From an uncultured Dehalococcoidia bacterium (GTDB lineage Bacteria > Chloroflexota > Dehalococcoidia > Lucifugimonadales > JAAXIE01), in the NCBI GenBank assembly GCA_951813255.1, contig OX638353.1, positions 3,084,782 to 3,148,781 on the forward strand: a stretch of DNA of 64,000 bases, in the 5' to 3' direction. Each line of letters opens with the position of its first letter. The stretch's first letter is position 1. Shown piece by piece: positions 1 to 10,056 of the stretch. A program made the position numbers and the translations under genes. The notes under the pieces were generated by a model, which saw only the letters and a program-made list of their open reading frames with translations, was not told the DNA's origin and searched no databases.

Positions 1-52
1 TTGGAGGCTGGGCGTTGTGGGCACATCACCGGGTTCCCTCCTGCTAGGGAGA

Positions 53-892
53 TCAGTTAGTGGGTGTGAGCGTGTACCACAGGGCGCGCACCTGGCGCTG
101 GATTTCCGCTGCGTCATTGGCGTTGGGAGCCAGTTCCAGGTACTTGGCGAGATCGGCGGCAGCTAGGCTGTGACGGCCCCCTTGGGCGAACAGGGTAGCC
201 CGTTCTTTGTAGTTCGACGCGACCCGGGGATCGGTAATCACGATCAGGTCCATGACTGCCAAGGCTTGGCGCAACTGCCTCTGGCGCGTGTAGTTGATTT
301 TCAGGTTCCCTAGCAGGCGGACCAGTATCTGGCGATTGGAGTACGGTAGCAGGTGTTCCAAACGGAGGTTGAGCCGTCCCCGGAACATCGATTGCACCGA
401 CTGCAGGCACTCCCGGCCAGTCATCAGTCGCCCTTGGTGATAGGCGTCGACATAGAGACCTTCCCCCTCGCCATCGATACGCACGATGAAGTGGCCCGGC
501 AGCCCCACGCCCTCGGCCGGCAGCCCCAAGCGTCGCCCCACCTCCATGTAGACAAGCGACAGGGTGATAGGGATTCCCAAGTGGCGGTCCATTACCTGGC
601 TCAGGTAGCTGTTCCGGGGGTCATAGTAGTCGTCCTGGTTGCCGGTGAAGCCACGGCGTTGGAACAGGTACTCGCTGACGGCAGTGGCAAGCTCTCTTCT
701 ATCCTGGCTTGCGGTCGTGGACACATGGATGTCAGTGGCCATGGAGTCGAGTGCATTTAGATAACGCTGCACATCAATGGCAGGATAGATCTCGCCGCTG
801 ATCAGCAGCGCTGCCCGGGCCAAGTCGATGTCTTCGTCGCGATCCTGCAGAAGGCGCTGGTACTGCCTGCGAAAGGCAATGGGGGTTGGCAT
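53..892 (-). CDS. transglutaminase-like / SirB1 (UPF0162)-type protein with C-terminal TPR-like helical region
   Basis: 279-aa ORF. Central GLPGHFIVR...YVDAYH block resembles the transglutaminase-like core and the C-terminal part looks like helical repeats. Recognition by eye only. Confidence 0.55.
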   Translation of the reverse strand: MPTPIAFRRQYQRLLQDRDEDIDLARAALLISGEIYPAIDVQRYLNALDSMATDIHVSTTASQDRRELATAVSEYLFQRRGFTGNQDDYYDPRNSYLSQVMDRHLGIPITLSLVYMEVGRRLGLPAEGVGLPGHFIVRIDGEGEGLYVDAYHQGRLMTGRECLQSVQSMFRGRLNLRLEHLLPYSNRQILVRLLGNLKINYTRQRQLRQALAVMDLIVITDPRVASNYKERATLFAQGGRHSLAAADLAKYLELAPNANDAAEIQRQVRALWYTLTPTN

Positions 893-951
893 AAATGTTA
901 TCCCCTAAGAAAGGGTAGGTCTGCTCGACCTCCCACACATGGCACATTATA

Positions 952-2316
952 TCAACCTGACACAGCAGCAGTCAGGTCGAGAATCGTGCCCAGATCCGGC
1001 AGCCTTTCCAGCCTGCCCACCTGCTCCACCAGCTTGGCTCGCGCGGGTTCTGAGAGGACCGGCCCTGCCAAACGGTGGAACTTCTCCTCCACCTCTGTGT
1101 CGCTGAGGGGATTCCGCGGATGCCCCTTCGGGTAGATCGCTTCCTCAACTACGTTCTCCCCGGAACGTGTGGTCAGCGTCATGGTCGACGGCTGGGATTC
1201 GGGGTACCGCTCCGTATAGCTCGCCCGCTCGCTGATCGTTATCCGGTCCATCAGAGGTCGCAGTTTGGGGTCGTGTAGGCGTTCATCTTTGAAGGATGAG
1301 GGTGTGACCGTTCCATCGGTGAGGGCCACGGCTATCAAATACGGGAGGCTGTGGTCGGCAGTCTCGCGGGTCCGAGGGTCCCATTTATTGGGGTCGTTCC
1401 CTGCGCTGCTCCAAGCTGCGTGATACGTCTCCAAATGGATGGACTGGATATCATCCGGTGCAATCCTCTCTCGCAGTGCAAGGGCCATCCAGATGGCAGA
1501 TTGGGTGTGTATCTGAGAGGGGAAATACTTGAATCCCGGCTCCACCACCTTGAAATCGCTGCCCTTACTATCCAAGGGCTCCAAGTCGGCCGACCACCCC
1601 AGTTGTTCCCAAAGTCCTCGTCGTCCCTCGAAGGGTTCCGTAGGGCCACTCATGCCCTCGCGCGCCAGCATGGCGGCGAATACCCCGGCCCGGGCGGCCG
1701 CTGCGGTGGCACATCCCTTCCACATGGAAAGCTCGCCCACCCGCGTCTGCCCCAAGGCCAAGTTGGGAGTCACAGCTAGAGAGATGGCCTCACGTGTCTG
1801 CTCCAGCGAAAGGGACATCACGTTGGACGCGGCGCAGGCCGAACCCAGTGCTGCGAGCACTCCCTGATCCCAGCCCAGCTCTCCCAATGGTATCTGTTCC
1901 GCTATAGAGCAGAAGGCCTGGTAGGCCACTGCGATGGCGGTCATGGCCTGCGCCCCGCTGGCGTGGGTGGAGTCGGCGACGGCCAAGGCTGCCGGAATCA
2001 TGTCGCTTGGGTGGCCGCCTGCTACGGAGAAGAAGTTATCGTTGCAGTCGAGGTAGCGCACCATCACCGAGTTGGCAAAGGCCGCCATGTCGGGTGACGT
2101 GGCTTGTCCTGACCCTATGACGCGGGCTGGCTGGGAATGGGAGACCTGCCCCGCCAGCTTGCGGGCAATGCGCGCTGGCTCGCTGTCGTAAGCACCCAAG
2201 GCGCACCCCAGGGAGTCCAGCAGCCTGCGTCGCACATGGTGTGCGGCTTCAGGTGTGAGGTCCTCGTAGCTGAGGGATGAAGCATAGTTGGCCAACACGT
2301 CTACGGTACGGTCCAT
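952..2316 (-). CDS. MmgE/PrpD family protein (2-methylcitrate dehydratase-like)
   Basis: 454-aa ORF. N-terminus YASSLSYEDLTPEAAHHVRRRLLDSLGCALGA and overall length are typical of the MmgE/PrpD family. Confidence 0.85.
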   Translation of the reverse strand: MDRTVDVLANYASSLSYEDLTPEAAHHVRRRLLDSLGCALGAYDSEPARIARKLAGQVSHSQPARVIGSGQATSPDMAAFANSVMVRYLDCNDNFFSVAGGHPSDMIPAALAVADSTHASGAQAMTAIAVAYQAFCSIAEQIPLGELGWDQGVLAALGSACAASNVMSLSLEQTREAISLAVTPNLALGQTRVGELSMWKGCATAAAARAGVFAAMLAREGMSGPTEPFEGRRGLWEQLGWSADLEPLDSKGSDFKVVEPGFKYFPSQIHTQSAIWMALALRERIAPDDIQSIHLETYHAAWSSAGNDPNKWDPRTRETADHSLPYLIAVALTDGTVTPSSFKDERLHDPKLRPLMDRITISERASYTERYPESQPSTMTLTTRSGENVVEEAIYPKGHPRNPLSDTEVEEKFHRLAGPVLSEPARAKLVEQVGRLERLPDLGTILDLTAAVSG

Positions 2317-2450
2317 ATCATGCGCCCCTAAGCGTCCCCATAGCGGAGACGACGGCGATATGTTAGCATCTTGGCGGCTTCCCCGGCGTCAACACATTGG
2401 GTTGGGGCATGCCCCATCTGGCGGGCTTGTAACTTGGGAAGGAGCGCGAA

Positions 2451-2987
2451 ATGGCACGAGTCCCATTGAAAAATCGCGAGGATCTGTCGCCTGAAGACCA
2501 GCCGATATGGGATGAAGTAGGCAGTAGTCGTGGAGGCGTGGCCCCTAACTTCCAAGCCATATTCAACAACCCCCAAGCCGCGGGCAACCTAGCCCACTTG
2601 GGAGGCTACGTCCGCTTTGGCAACAGCCTCGACGAGAAGACCAAGTCCCTTGCAGCCCTCACCACTGCCCGCGAGGCTAATGGAGAGTACGTCTGGACGG
2701 TGCAGGTGCCCGGTGCCAAGCGAAACGGCATCAGCGATGCGACCATAGAGGCCATCCACCAGCGCACCGCTCCCGCGGGGCTCAGCGATGACGATGCCAT
2801 CATAGTGCGCTTCATCCAGGAATTGCAGCGTGACCACCATGTGTCCGATTCTGCTTATGCTGCCGCTGAGGGCAAGCTCGGCACAGCAGGCGTGGTGGAC
2901 CTTCTCATTCTCACCGGCTACTACTGGGGCTTGGCCCATACCCTGAACGGGCTGCAGGTAGACCCTCCTGGGGGCTCCATTCTGTAG
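2451..2987 (+). CDS. carboxymuconolactone decarboxylase (AhpD-like) family protein
   Basis: 178-aa ORF with GGAAGGAG RBS. Helical CMD-like sequence (FQAIFNNPQAAGNLAHLGGYVRF..., LILTGYYWGLAHTLN). Confidence 0.7.
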   Translation: MARVPLKNREDLSPEDQPIWDEVGSSRGGVAPNFQAIFNNPQAAGNLAHLGGYVRFGNSLDEKTKSLAALTTAREANGEYVWTVQVPGAKRNGISDATIEAIHQRTAPAGLSDDDAIIVRFIQELQRDHHVSDSAYAAAEGKLGTAGVVDLLILTGYYWGLAHTLNGLQVDPPGGSIL

Positions 2988-3057
2988 TCTCCTATCTGCT
3001 GGTCGTGCCCAGTCCTCAGCTGACAGCCCTTCATATCGCGAGTCCAGGAGGTTCCCA

Positions 3058-3441
3058 ATGCCAGGAGAGCCCATCATTCCCGCCGGTTCGGCTCCGCCTC
3101 TTGCACCATATTCCCCCGGCATGAAGTCGGGCAACACCATCTTCGTTTCCGGCACCATTCCCAACGACGCCAATGGCAACGTGGTGGGAAAGGGCGATAT
3201 CGTTGCCCAGACCGAGCGGGTGCTGGAGAGCGTCAAGGCTATCCTGGAGGCTGGCGGTGGCAGTATGGAGGATGTGGTGATGAATCACGTCTTCATCACC
3301 GATTACGCCAACTATGCCGCGATGAACGAGGTCTACGGCCGTTACTTCGGCAACACCCGCCCAGCGCGCTACTGTATCAAGTCAGAGTTGGTACATCCCG
3401 ACTGGCTGGTCGAAATCGCTTCCGTGGCGGTGCTGTCCTAG
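3058..3441 (+). CDS. ridA: RidA (YjgF/L-PSP) family enamine/imine deaminase
   Basis: 127 aa with AGGAGG RBS. PLAPYSPGMKSGNTIFVSGTIP...ARYCIKSELVHPDWLVEIASVAV is canonical RidA. Confidence 0.85.
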   Translation: MPGEPIIPAGSAPPLAPYSPGMKSGNTIFVSGTIPNDANGNVVGKGDIVAQTERVLESVKAILEAGGGSMEDVVMNHVFITDYANYAAMNEVYGRYFGNTRPARYCIKSELVHPDWLVEIASVAVLS

Positions 3442-3508
3442 TCTTCGCGCCAGAGCCACCTGAAAGCATTCTTTTCCACAGAAGTACAGCGAGAAGAAGG
3501 AGGTGCCC

Positions 3509-4381
3509 ATGCCTGATGGTAGAATCCGTGTAGGAAACGTGGAGGTTATCGGGCTGACCGACGCCTCCTTGGACTTTCCCCTGCCCCTCAGTGCCCTCTT
3601 CCCCGGCGTCCCAGCCCCCGCGTGGGACCCCTTCCGCCAGCGTTACCCCGACATCTTCCCCAGCCCCGATTCAGCCCACTTCCATTTTGGCTGTTATCTC
3701 ATCCGCTCAGAAGGCCAGACAATTCTGGTAGATACCGGCATCGGCAATGCCACCACAAACCCCGGCATTCAAGGGATGATGAGAGTGGACGGTCGCCTTC
3801 CAGCGGAGTTGCTCTCGCTCGCGGTGCGTCCCAGCGACATCGATACCGTTTTCTTCACTCACCTGCACATCGACCATGTGGGCTGGAACCTGAGCCAGCA
3901 TGGCCCCAATGCCAAGGCCACCTTCCCCAGCGCCCGGCATGTGATGCACCGAGCCGATTGGGAGTTCTTCCAACAGCCAGCCCAGCAGGAAGCGGCCAAG
4001 TACTGGGATGAGACCCTCGGCCCACTCGAGAGCTTGGGCTTGGTGGACCTTCTCGACGACGAGAAAGCCCTCACCAGTGAAGTGACTGCTGTTCCCTACC
4101 CCGGCCATACACCTGGCCACATGGTGCTGTCCATCGCCTCCCAAGGGGAGCATGCACTGGTGATCGGGGATGCTGCGATACATCCTGCACAAATTACTGA
4201 ACTCAACTGGGGCGTCATCTTCGAGTCGGACCAAGCGATGGCTGCGACCTCTCGACACCTGCTTTTCAGCCGGGCCGAGCATGACGACGCCACGCTGGTA
4301 GCCTGCCACTTCCCCGGCAAGGGCTTTGGCAAGCTCATCCGCGTCGAAGGGCGACGCTACTGGGAGAGCCTCGACATCTAG
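3509..4381 (+). CDS. MBL-fold metallo-hydrolase
   Basis: HxHxDH motif (FFTHLHIDHVGWN) and a later GHTPGH. ATG at 3509 preferred over GTG 3503 because the GAAGGAGG RBS ends at 3503. Confidence 0.8.
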   Translation: MPDGRIRVGNVEVIGLTDASLDFPLPLSALFPGVPAPAWDPFRQRYPDIFPSPDSAHFHFGCYLIRSEGQTILVDTGIGNATTNPGIQGMMRVDGRLPAELLSLAVRPSDIDTVFFTHLHIDHVGWNLSQHGPNAKATFPSARHVMHRADWEFFQQPAQQEAAKYWDETLGPLESLGLVDLLDDEKALTSEVTAVPYPGHTPGHMVLSIASQGEHALVIGDAAIHPAQITELNWGVIFESDQAMAATSRHLLFSRAEHDDATLVACHFPGKGFGKLIRVEGRRYWESLDI

Positions 4382-4437
4382 AGCGACTACATTTCATCCA
4401 AGCCCATCCAGCAACACATTTTGATAGGAGGCCCCCC

Positions 4438-4905
4438 ATGCAAGTAGAAGCCAAGCTCAAGGAAATGGGGATCGAGTTGATTTCTATGCCCAACAGGTCA
4501 ACGGGCAACTTCATTGGCGCCCGGCGCACCGGCAACTTGGTGTACACGTCCGGTCACGGCGCTGGAATACCCGAAGGCGGTTTCCTTCACGTAGGCAAGC
4601 TGGGGAGCGACCTGACCATCGAGCAGGGATACGCCTGCGCCCGCCAGACCATGATTAACCTGCTGACCACCCTCAAGGCTGAGATCGGCGATTTGGACAA
4701 GGTGAAACAGGTGGTCAAGCTGCTGTGCATGATCAACTGCGCGCCAGACTTCGGCGACACCCCAAGCGTAGCCAACGGCGCGTCTGACCTGCTGATTGAA
4801 CTCTATGGCGACTCCGGCCGTCATGCCCGCTCAGCAGTCGGCATGGGCTCCCTTCCCTCGGGTATGCCCGTGGAGATTGAGATGATCGTCGAAATCGAGG
4901 ACTAG
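4438..4905 (+). CDS. RidA/YjgF-like family protein (second, divergent paralog)
   Basis: 155 aa with AGGAGG RBS. ARRTGNLVYTSGHGA...ARSAVGMGSLPSGMPVEIEMIVEI resembles the YjgF fold family. Confidence 0.7.
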   Translation: MQVEAKLKEMGIELISMPNRSTGNFIGARRTGNLVYTSGHGAGIPEGGFLHVGKLGSDLTIEQGYACARQTMINLLTTLKAEIGDLDKVKQVVKLLCMINCAPDFGDTPSVANGASDLLIELYGDSGRHARSAVGMGSLPSGMPVEIEMIVEIED

Positions 4906-4909
4906 TGCC

Positions 4910-5995
4910 ATGAAGTTCGCCCACTTCTCCCAATTGTTCAACAAGGTGGGGATGGAGACGCCGGCGCGTTACGAGCAGATGTGGCGCGAGGTGGAATTGG
5001 CGGACGAGCTAGGCTTCGACTACGGTTTTCAGTCGGTACACCACTTTCACAAGCTGCGTCCCACGCCCGCGGTCTACTGCACGGGTGCGGCAGCCCGCAC
5101 TAAGCATTTGCGTTTGGGGCCCATGGGGTATACCGCAGGGCTGCATGACCCCATCAGCATCCTCGAAGAGGCCTTGGTGCTGGACAACATCACCAACGGC
5201 CGCTTCGAGTTGGGCCTGGTTTTCGGCGTCTATCCCGACTACTTCCGGGTGAAGGGCGCACAGCCGTCCATACGTCGCGAATGGGCAAAGGAGACGGTGC
5301 AGCTTGTAAACGCCTTCTACAAGCACGCCCGAGAGGCCCCCACCGACGGTGCGGGTCTCTTCAGCTTCCACGGCCCCATCCACAACTACGAAGAAGTGGA
5401 GTTCGCCATTCGCCCCGTGCAGCAGCCCGGGCCGCCCATCTGGCTCGCCTCTACCCAGCGGGAGACGATGCAGTTCCTAGCCCAAGAGGGTGCCCACGGT
5501 GGCTACCTGCACCTCAGCGACCGTCAGGAGATGTCGCCGCGCATTCAGGAGTTCCTAGCGTGGTGGGGTGAGGCGGGACACCCACAGCCACCCAACATCG
5601 GATACCTCTGCTTCGTCTACGTCGATGAGACCGATGAGTTGGCCATTCAGAAAGCCACACCGTGGGTGATCGCCAGCACCCGCGAGGTGTACGAGAACAC
5701 ACCTCGCCAAGGAGGCGTTTTCTCCCAATCTGAGGAGAAAGTTGGCCCACGCAGCGACGAGATATTCCGGAACAAGACGGACATCGACTTCCTGTTGCAA
5801 CGTAACCTAGTCTTCGTGGGCTCTCCGGAGACTGTGGCCAACCGCATCCGCGAAGCCGCTGGCGAGGGCATGTTCAACACGGTGATGGCGGAGTTCAATA
5901 TCGGCGCTGTTGGTGAGGAAGACCTGATGCGCTCCATCAATCTATTCGGCCAGCAGGTCATTCCCGCCCTGAGGGGATTCGATCCCACCTTGTAG
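4910..5995 (+). CDS. LLM-class (luciferase-like) flavin-dependent oxidoreductase
   Basis: 361 aa. MKFAHFSQL...YEQMWREVELADELGFDYGFQSVHHF is a typical LLM N-terminus. Confidence 0.8.
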   Translation: MKFAHFSQLFNKVGMETPARYEQMWREVELADELGFDYGFQSVHHFHKLRPTPAVYCTGAAARTKHLRLGPMGYTAGLHDPISILEEALVLDNITNGRFELGLVFGVYPDYFRVKGAQPSIRREWAKETVQLVNAFYKHAREAPTDGAGLFSFHGPIHNYEEVEFAIRPVQQPGPPIWLASTQRETMQFLAQEGAHGGYLHLSDRQEMSPRIQEFLAWWGEAGHPQPPNIGYLCFVYVDETDELAIQKATPWVIASTREVYENTPRQGGVFSQSEEKVGPRSDEIFRNKTDIDFLLQRNLVFVGSPETVANRIREAAGEGMFNTVMAEFNIGAVGEEDLMRSINLFGQQVIPALRGFDPTL

Positions 5996-6005
5996 GGGAG
6001 GGCCC

Positions 6006-7358
6006 CTATAGCTCAGTGGCGCCGTCGAAGTCGATGATCTCGGCGCGCTGGCGCTGGTAGGATATGTAACGCTTGGCGTCCATCGGTGGTTTGGCTTGGT
6101 CGAGGACGCCGTGGGCTTGCTCCGCGTCCTGGGCCAACAGGTCAATGGCCACCATGGCCATGATCTTGGCCGGGGTGATTACTGCCTTCTCGTAGTCGGC
6201 GATGATGTAACTCTTGCTGTGGCCCGGACCCGTGGCCCCACCAGCATAGGGGTGGCACACCGGTATCACATGGCTCAGGTCGCCCATGTCGGTTGAGCCG
6301 CCACGGTTGCGCCGGCTGGGTATCACGGCCACTCGCTCCGGCCCGAGCAGGTCTGAGGCGTTGGACTGGAAGAGGCTTTGCAGCATGGGGTCGTGGCGCA
6401 TGGGGAGGTAGCCAGGGATGTTGGTGATTTTCACCTTGGCGCCCACAGCCAAGGCGCCCGCCTTGAAACAGCGGTCCACCATGGAGTTGTTCTTCACCAC
6501 AGCTTCCGGGCTTGAGGAGCGGACCCTCCACTCCAGCCGGACATCGGCAGGGACCGCATTCACCGCCTCGCCACCCTTGGTGACAATGCCGTGGAAGCGC
6601 CCGGTCTCGTTCTCCCGGACCGTCTCCCGGTTGGCGTGAATTGCATTCAAAGCCCAAGTGGCGGCGTTCAGGGCGTTGATGCCCAAATGAGGAGCGCCAC
6701 CGGCATGGGCGGCGCGGCCGATGTATTGCACGTACTTCACCATGTGGCCGTTGCTGGTGCCTCCGACGGAGAAGGACTGCTCGCCCATGTCGCTGGCGGT
6801 GTGGCACATCATGGCCATCTGCACATCGTCAAAGGCCCCGATGCGGATTAGTTCCTGCTTGCCGCCGAGGAACTCCAGCTTGCCCTCTTCCCGCATTCGG
6901 AGGCGTCCTTCAACGTCGATGAACTCCTCGGCAGGGACGGCGAAGGGAGCGAGAGAGCCTGAGAGATGGGGCTTGATTTCGTCATCCACCAGACCGAGGG
7001 TAGCGCCCAGCATCATGCCGATCTGGCAGTTGTGACCGCAGGCGTGGGCTGCACCGGTATCGGAATCAGCGTTAGGGTGCTCGGTGACCACCAAGGAGTC
7101 GAGTTCTCCGATGATAGCCAGCCTTGGGCCGGGCCCGGCACCGAAGTCCACTTGCCCTTTGACACCGGTGATGGCGAGCCCGTCGGAGTAGGGCACGCCC
7201 ATGGCTTGGAACTTGTCCTTGACGATGTTGGCGGTACGATGCTCGTTGAAGCCGGTCTCCGGGTGCTCCAGGATATCGCGGGCGATGCCGATGAGTTCAT
7301 CCTTGCGACGGTCGATGGCTTGGCATGCCTTGCGCTTAAGTTCCTCCTTGGTGGGCAT
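6006..7358 (-). CDS. M20-family amidohydrolase (M20D-like)
   Basis: 450 aa. Metal-binding AAHACGHN, a later MMCHT, and GGSTDMGD near the C-terminus. Confidence 0.8.
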   Translation of the reverse strand: MPTKEELKRKACQAIDRRKDELIGIARDILEHPETGFNEHRTANIVKDKFQAMGVPYSDGLAITGVKGQVDFGAGPGPRLAIIGELDSLVVTEHPNADSDTGAAHACGHNCQIGMMLGATLGLVDDEIKPHLSGSLAPFAVPAEEFIDVEGRLRMREEGKLEFLGGKQELIRIGAFDDVQMAMMCHTASDMGEQSFSVGGTSNGHMVKYVQYIGRAAHAGGAPHLGINALNAATWALNAIHANRETVRENETGRFHGIVTKGGEAVNAVPADVRLEWRVRSSSPEAVVKNNSMVDRCFKAGALAVGAKVKITNIPGYLPMRHDPMLQSLFQSNASDLLGPERVAVIPSRRNRGGSTDMGDLSHVIPVCHPYAGGATGPGHSKSYIIADYEKAVITPAKIMAMVAIDLLAQDAEQAHGVLDQAKPPMDAKRYISYQRQRAEIIDFDGATEL

Positions 7359-7393
7359 CGAGACTCCTCTCTGATAATCGAAACAGGCAGGGC

Positions 7394-8728
7394 TTAGGCC
7401 GCGCCGTCGAACTCCTCTTCTTTGGCTAGGTTGCGCATGAACTTCAGGTACTCGTCGCGGGACATTTCGGGTTGGTGGCGAGACAGCACGTTGCGGCCTT
7501 GGCTTGCACCGTCGGCGAGCAGGTCGACAGCGGTGGTGGCTAGGGCCTTGGCCGCCGTAATTACTGCCAAGCTGTAGTCGCGTATCACGTAGTCGGCGCC
7601 GTGACCCAAGCCCGTGGCCCCGCCTACGTAGGGATGGAGGACGGGCATCAGGTAGCTCACGTCGCCCATGTCGGTGGAGCCGGTGCGGTGGGCTGCGTAG
7701 CCGACGTTGTCCTCGCCCACGAGGGACATGGCGTTGGAGCGGAACAGGTCGGCTAGGTTGTTGTCCTGCTTCATGGGGAGGTAGCCGGGGATGGTCTGGA
7801 TGTTGACCTTGGCGCCGACAGCCATGGCGCCGGCACGAAGGGCGCGGTCGACCTTGGCGTTGGCGTCCATGATGGCGTCGAGGGTCTTGCCACGGACGAA
7901 GGTCTCCATGCGGACATCGGCAGGCACGGCGCTGACCGCCTCGCCACCCTTGGTGATGATGGGGTGGACGCGGACGGTGTCGTCGTCCTTGAAGGTCTCG
8001 CGGTTGGCGTGAATGCCAGCCATGGCGAGGTGGGCAGCGTTCAGGGCGTTGATGCCGAGGTGGGGCGCGCCTCCGGCGTGGGCGCCCCGGCCTATGAACT
8101 GGATTTTCTTGGCGACGGTGCCGTTATTGGTGCCGCTGATGCAGAGTTGGCCTTCGTCGTGGTTGCTGGTGGTGTGGCACATCATGGCCATGTGGACGTC
8201 GTCGAACTCACCGAGGCGTATGAACTCGGGCTTGCCACCTAGGAACTCGATCTTTCCCTCACGGCGGAGGCCGTCGCGGTACTCGATCTCGATGTACTCC
8301 TCGGCGGGGACTGCCATGAATATCAGGCGGCCGCTGAGTTCCTCCAGCACGCGGGACTGGCGGAGGGCCGCTGCTGCACCCAGCATCATTCCGATCTGGG
8401 CGTGATGCCCGCAGGCATGGGCAGCGCCGGTCTGAGGGTCGGCATGGGGGTGCTCATTCACGATGAGGGAGTCGAGCTCGCCGATGATGGCGAGGGTAGG
8501 CCCGGAAGTTGCGCCCGTTATCTCGCCCCGCAGCCCCGTCATTGCTAGTTCCTGCCGAAAGGGTATGCCTAACTCGGCGAAGCGGTCAGCGACGACCTTG
8601 GCGGTCTTGACCTCGCGGAAGCCGGGCTCGGGGTGGCCGAGGATGGTGGTGGAGGCGCGGACGATTTCATCGGCGCGGGCGTCAATTTCGTCGATGACCC
8701 AGGCCTTGAGTTCCTCACGGGAGGCCAT
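7394..8728 (-). CDS. M20-family amidohydrolase, tandem paralog of 6006-7358
   Basis: 444 aa, collinear with the neighbour (AAHACGHHAQIGMMLGA, VHMAMMCHT, FIGRGAHAGGAPHLGINALNAA, GSTDMGDVS). Confidence 0.8.
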   Translation of the reverse strand: MASREELKAWVIDEIDARADEIVRASTTILGHPEPGFREVKTAKVVADRFAELGIPFRQELAMTGLRGEITGATSGPTLAIIGELDSLIVNEHPHADPQTGAAHACGHHAQIGMMLGAAAALRQSRVLEELSGRLIFMAVPAEEYIEIEYRDGLRREGKIEFLGGKPEFIRLGEFDDVHMAMMCHTTSNHDEGQLCISGTNNGTVAKKIQFIGRGAHAGGAPHLGINALNAAHLAMAGIHANRETFKDDDTVRVHPIITKGGEAVSAVPADVRMETFVRGKTLDAIMDANAKVDRALRAGAMAVGAKVNIQTIPGYLPMKQDNNLADLFRSNAMSLVGEDNVGYAAHRTGSTDMGDVSYLMPVLHPYVGGATGLGHGADYVIRDYSLAVITAAKALATTAVDLLADGASQGRNVLSRHQPEMSRDEYLKFMRNLAKEEEFDGAA

Positions 8729-9081
8729 GGCATCCTCCTAGTGGCACAGAGTGGGGCCGGCAGCAAGTCGGTTGGATTCTAGCAGAGGGAAGGCCAAAAG
8801 CAACCTGAGGGTTCTAGCGTGGGCTTTGAACGGCGGGGCGTAAAAGGGCGAGGATATCGGGCGCTAGAGGGGCAGGGCTGCCTCTCCGGGGTAGAGAATT
8901 TTGCGTACAACAGCGTAGCTGTGGCGCATGTTTTTGTATCTGGAATTGTATGCATTGTCCGCATTTTCCTTTCTGCGCAGCTAGGGCAATTTGTCCGCAT
9001 TTTGCGGCCCGACTGTGTCGGGTGTACCGGCTGAGGCTGTCTGCGATCCCACGGGCACTGCCTCCTGAAGGATGGGGCAAG

Positions 9082-9129
9082 AAGAGAGCGCAGGGGAGCC
9101 CCTGAAGGGTCAGTCCCCTGCGCTCTCTT
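9082..9129. terminator. perfect 16-bp inverted repeat (candidate bidirectional terminator at islet border)
   Basis: AAGAGAGCGCAGGGGA (9082-9097) pairs with TCCCCTGCGCTCTCTT (9114-9129) around a 16-nt loop. It lies downstream of the minus-strand nuclease gene. T-tracts are weak. Confidence 0.4.
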
Positions 9130-9236
9130 GGATTACTGTAGAACTAATGTGTGCAGAGTGTCACGGAGTTTGGGGTCCGGTGCGGAGCTGGTAATCAGTC
9201 ACTCGTGACCCAATCAGGGGGCACAGTCCATAGAAT

Positions 9237-10034
9237 TTAGTCTAGCGAATGTTGGATGCGGTAACGTCCGGATTTGACTAGGTTGATGCTATTGTAGTCA
9301 TTTGAGTCTTCAAAGCGGAATTGCCAAAGGTGATATTCATCGTTAGCTGTGCGTTGAAAGAACAAGGTGTACACTGGTTTCCTGGTCTGGATCTGCCATT
9401 GTCGGAAAGGGTAATAGAGCTGCCTGATGATAGTGTTGTCGGCGTTCCCGTTTTTGGCTTCAATCAGTACGACCTTGTCCTTTCCCTCATAGCCGGCATC
9501 CACCTCCGTTTGGACTCCCTCCGCAGCGATCTGGAAACCACCAACCATGAACTTGAATCCGGAGGTGTATTTTCTGCCTCGAATGGTGAGCACGAGAGAA
9601 GTATCTTCCATGAAGTGTCGGATTAGACTTAGCGCATACGCGTGATCTAGATGCTGCATCTCCGAGTTACCAACTCGGGAAGTCTCCAATTCAAACGGAA
9701 AAGTACTGTTGTAGCTTAGTAGAGCGGACGTGATGGGTGGGATATCAACGTATCCTTCACCCTTGACAATTGTGTACTGGCCGTTTTTCACCGGCAGGAT
9801 AAACAGCCCTCTATCTTGGAAGACCGTCGGGCGGCTCTCTCGGGTATCTTGCTTGCACAGGATGCGAACTTCTTTTTCTGCCGTCCTCTTGAAGTCCTGA
9901 CACGCGGTTTTTATCTGCTGAGCAGACAATGAGTATGGTGCCTTTTCGAAGTCATGGTCATGGATCAAACCATGATCGAAGATAGCTCTCCAGCTAGGCG
10001 AGTTACCATAAGTGGCCTGCATATCACCGATCAT
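9237..10034 (-). CDS. putative type II restriction endonuclease (PD-(D/E)xK-like)
   Basis: Last gene of the operon with the methyltransferase. VDAGYEGKDKVVLIEAK fits D...(E)xK. AT-rich (about 42-45% GC in the lines counted). ATG at 10034 has a GGAG RBS, and the long ORF start at 10115 would overlap the upstream ORF. Confidence 0.5.
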   Translation of the reverse strand: MIGDMQATYGNSPSWRAIFDHGLIHDHDFEKAPYSLSAQQIKTACQDFKRTAEKEVRILCKQDTRESRPTVFQDRGLFILPVKNGQYTIVKGEGYVDIPPITSALLSYNSTFPFELETSRVGNSEMQHLDHAYALSLIRHFMEDTSLVLTIRGRKYTSGFKFMVGGFQIAAEGVQTEVDAGYEGKDKVVLIEAKNGNADNTIIRQLYYPFRQWQIQTRKPVYTLFFQRTANDEYHLWQFRFEDSNDYNSINLVKSGRYRIQHSLD

Positions 10035-10056
10035 CACGGCTCCGCCAGTGCGAGGT

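Noticed and set aside
8779-9080. Small ORFs (71-88 aa) in the gap upstream of the amidohydrolase operon
   Set aside because: They overlap each other on both strands, have Cys/Arg/Pro-rich odd composition and no RBS, so the region is treated as non-coding.
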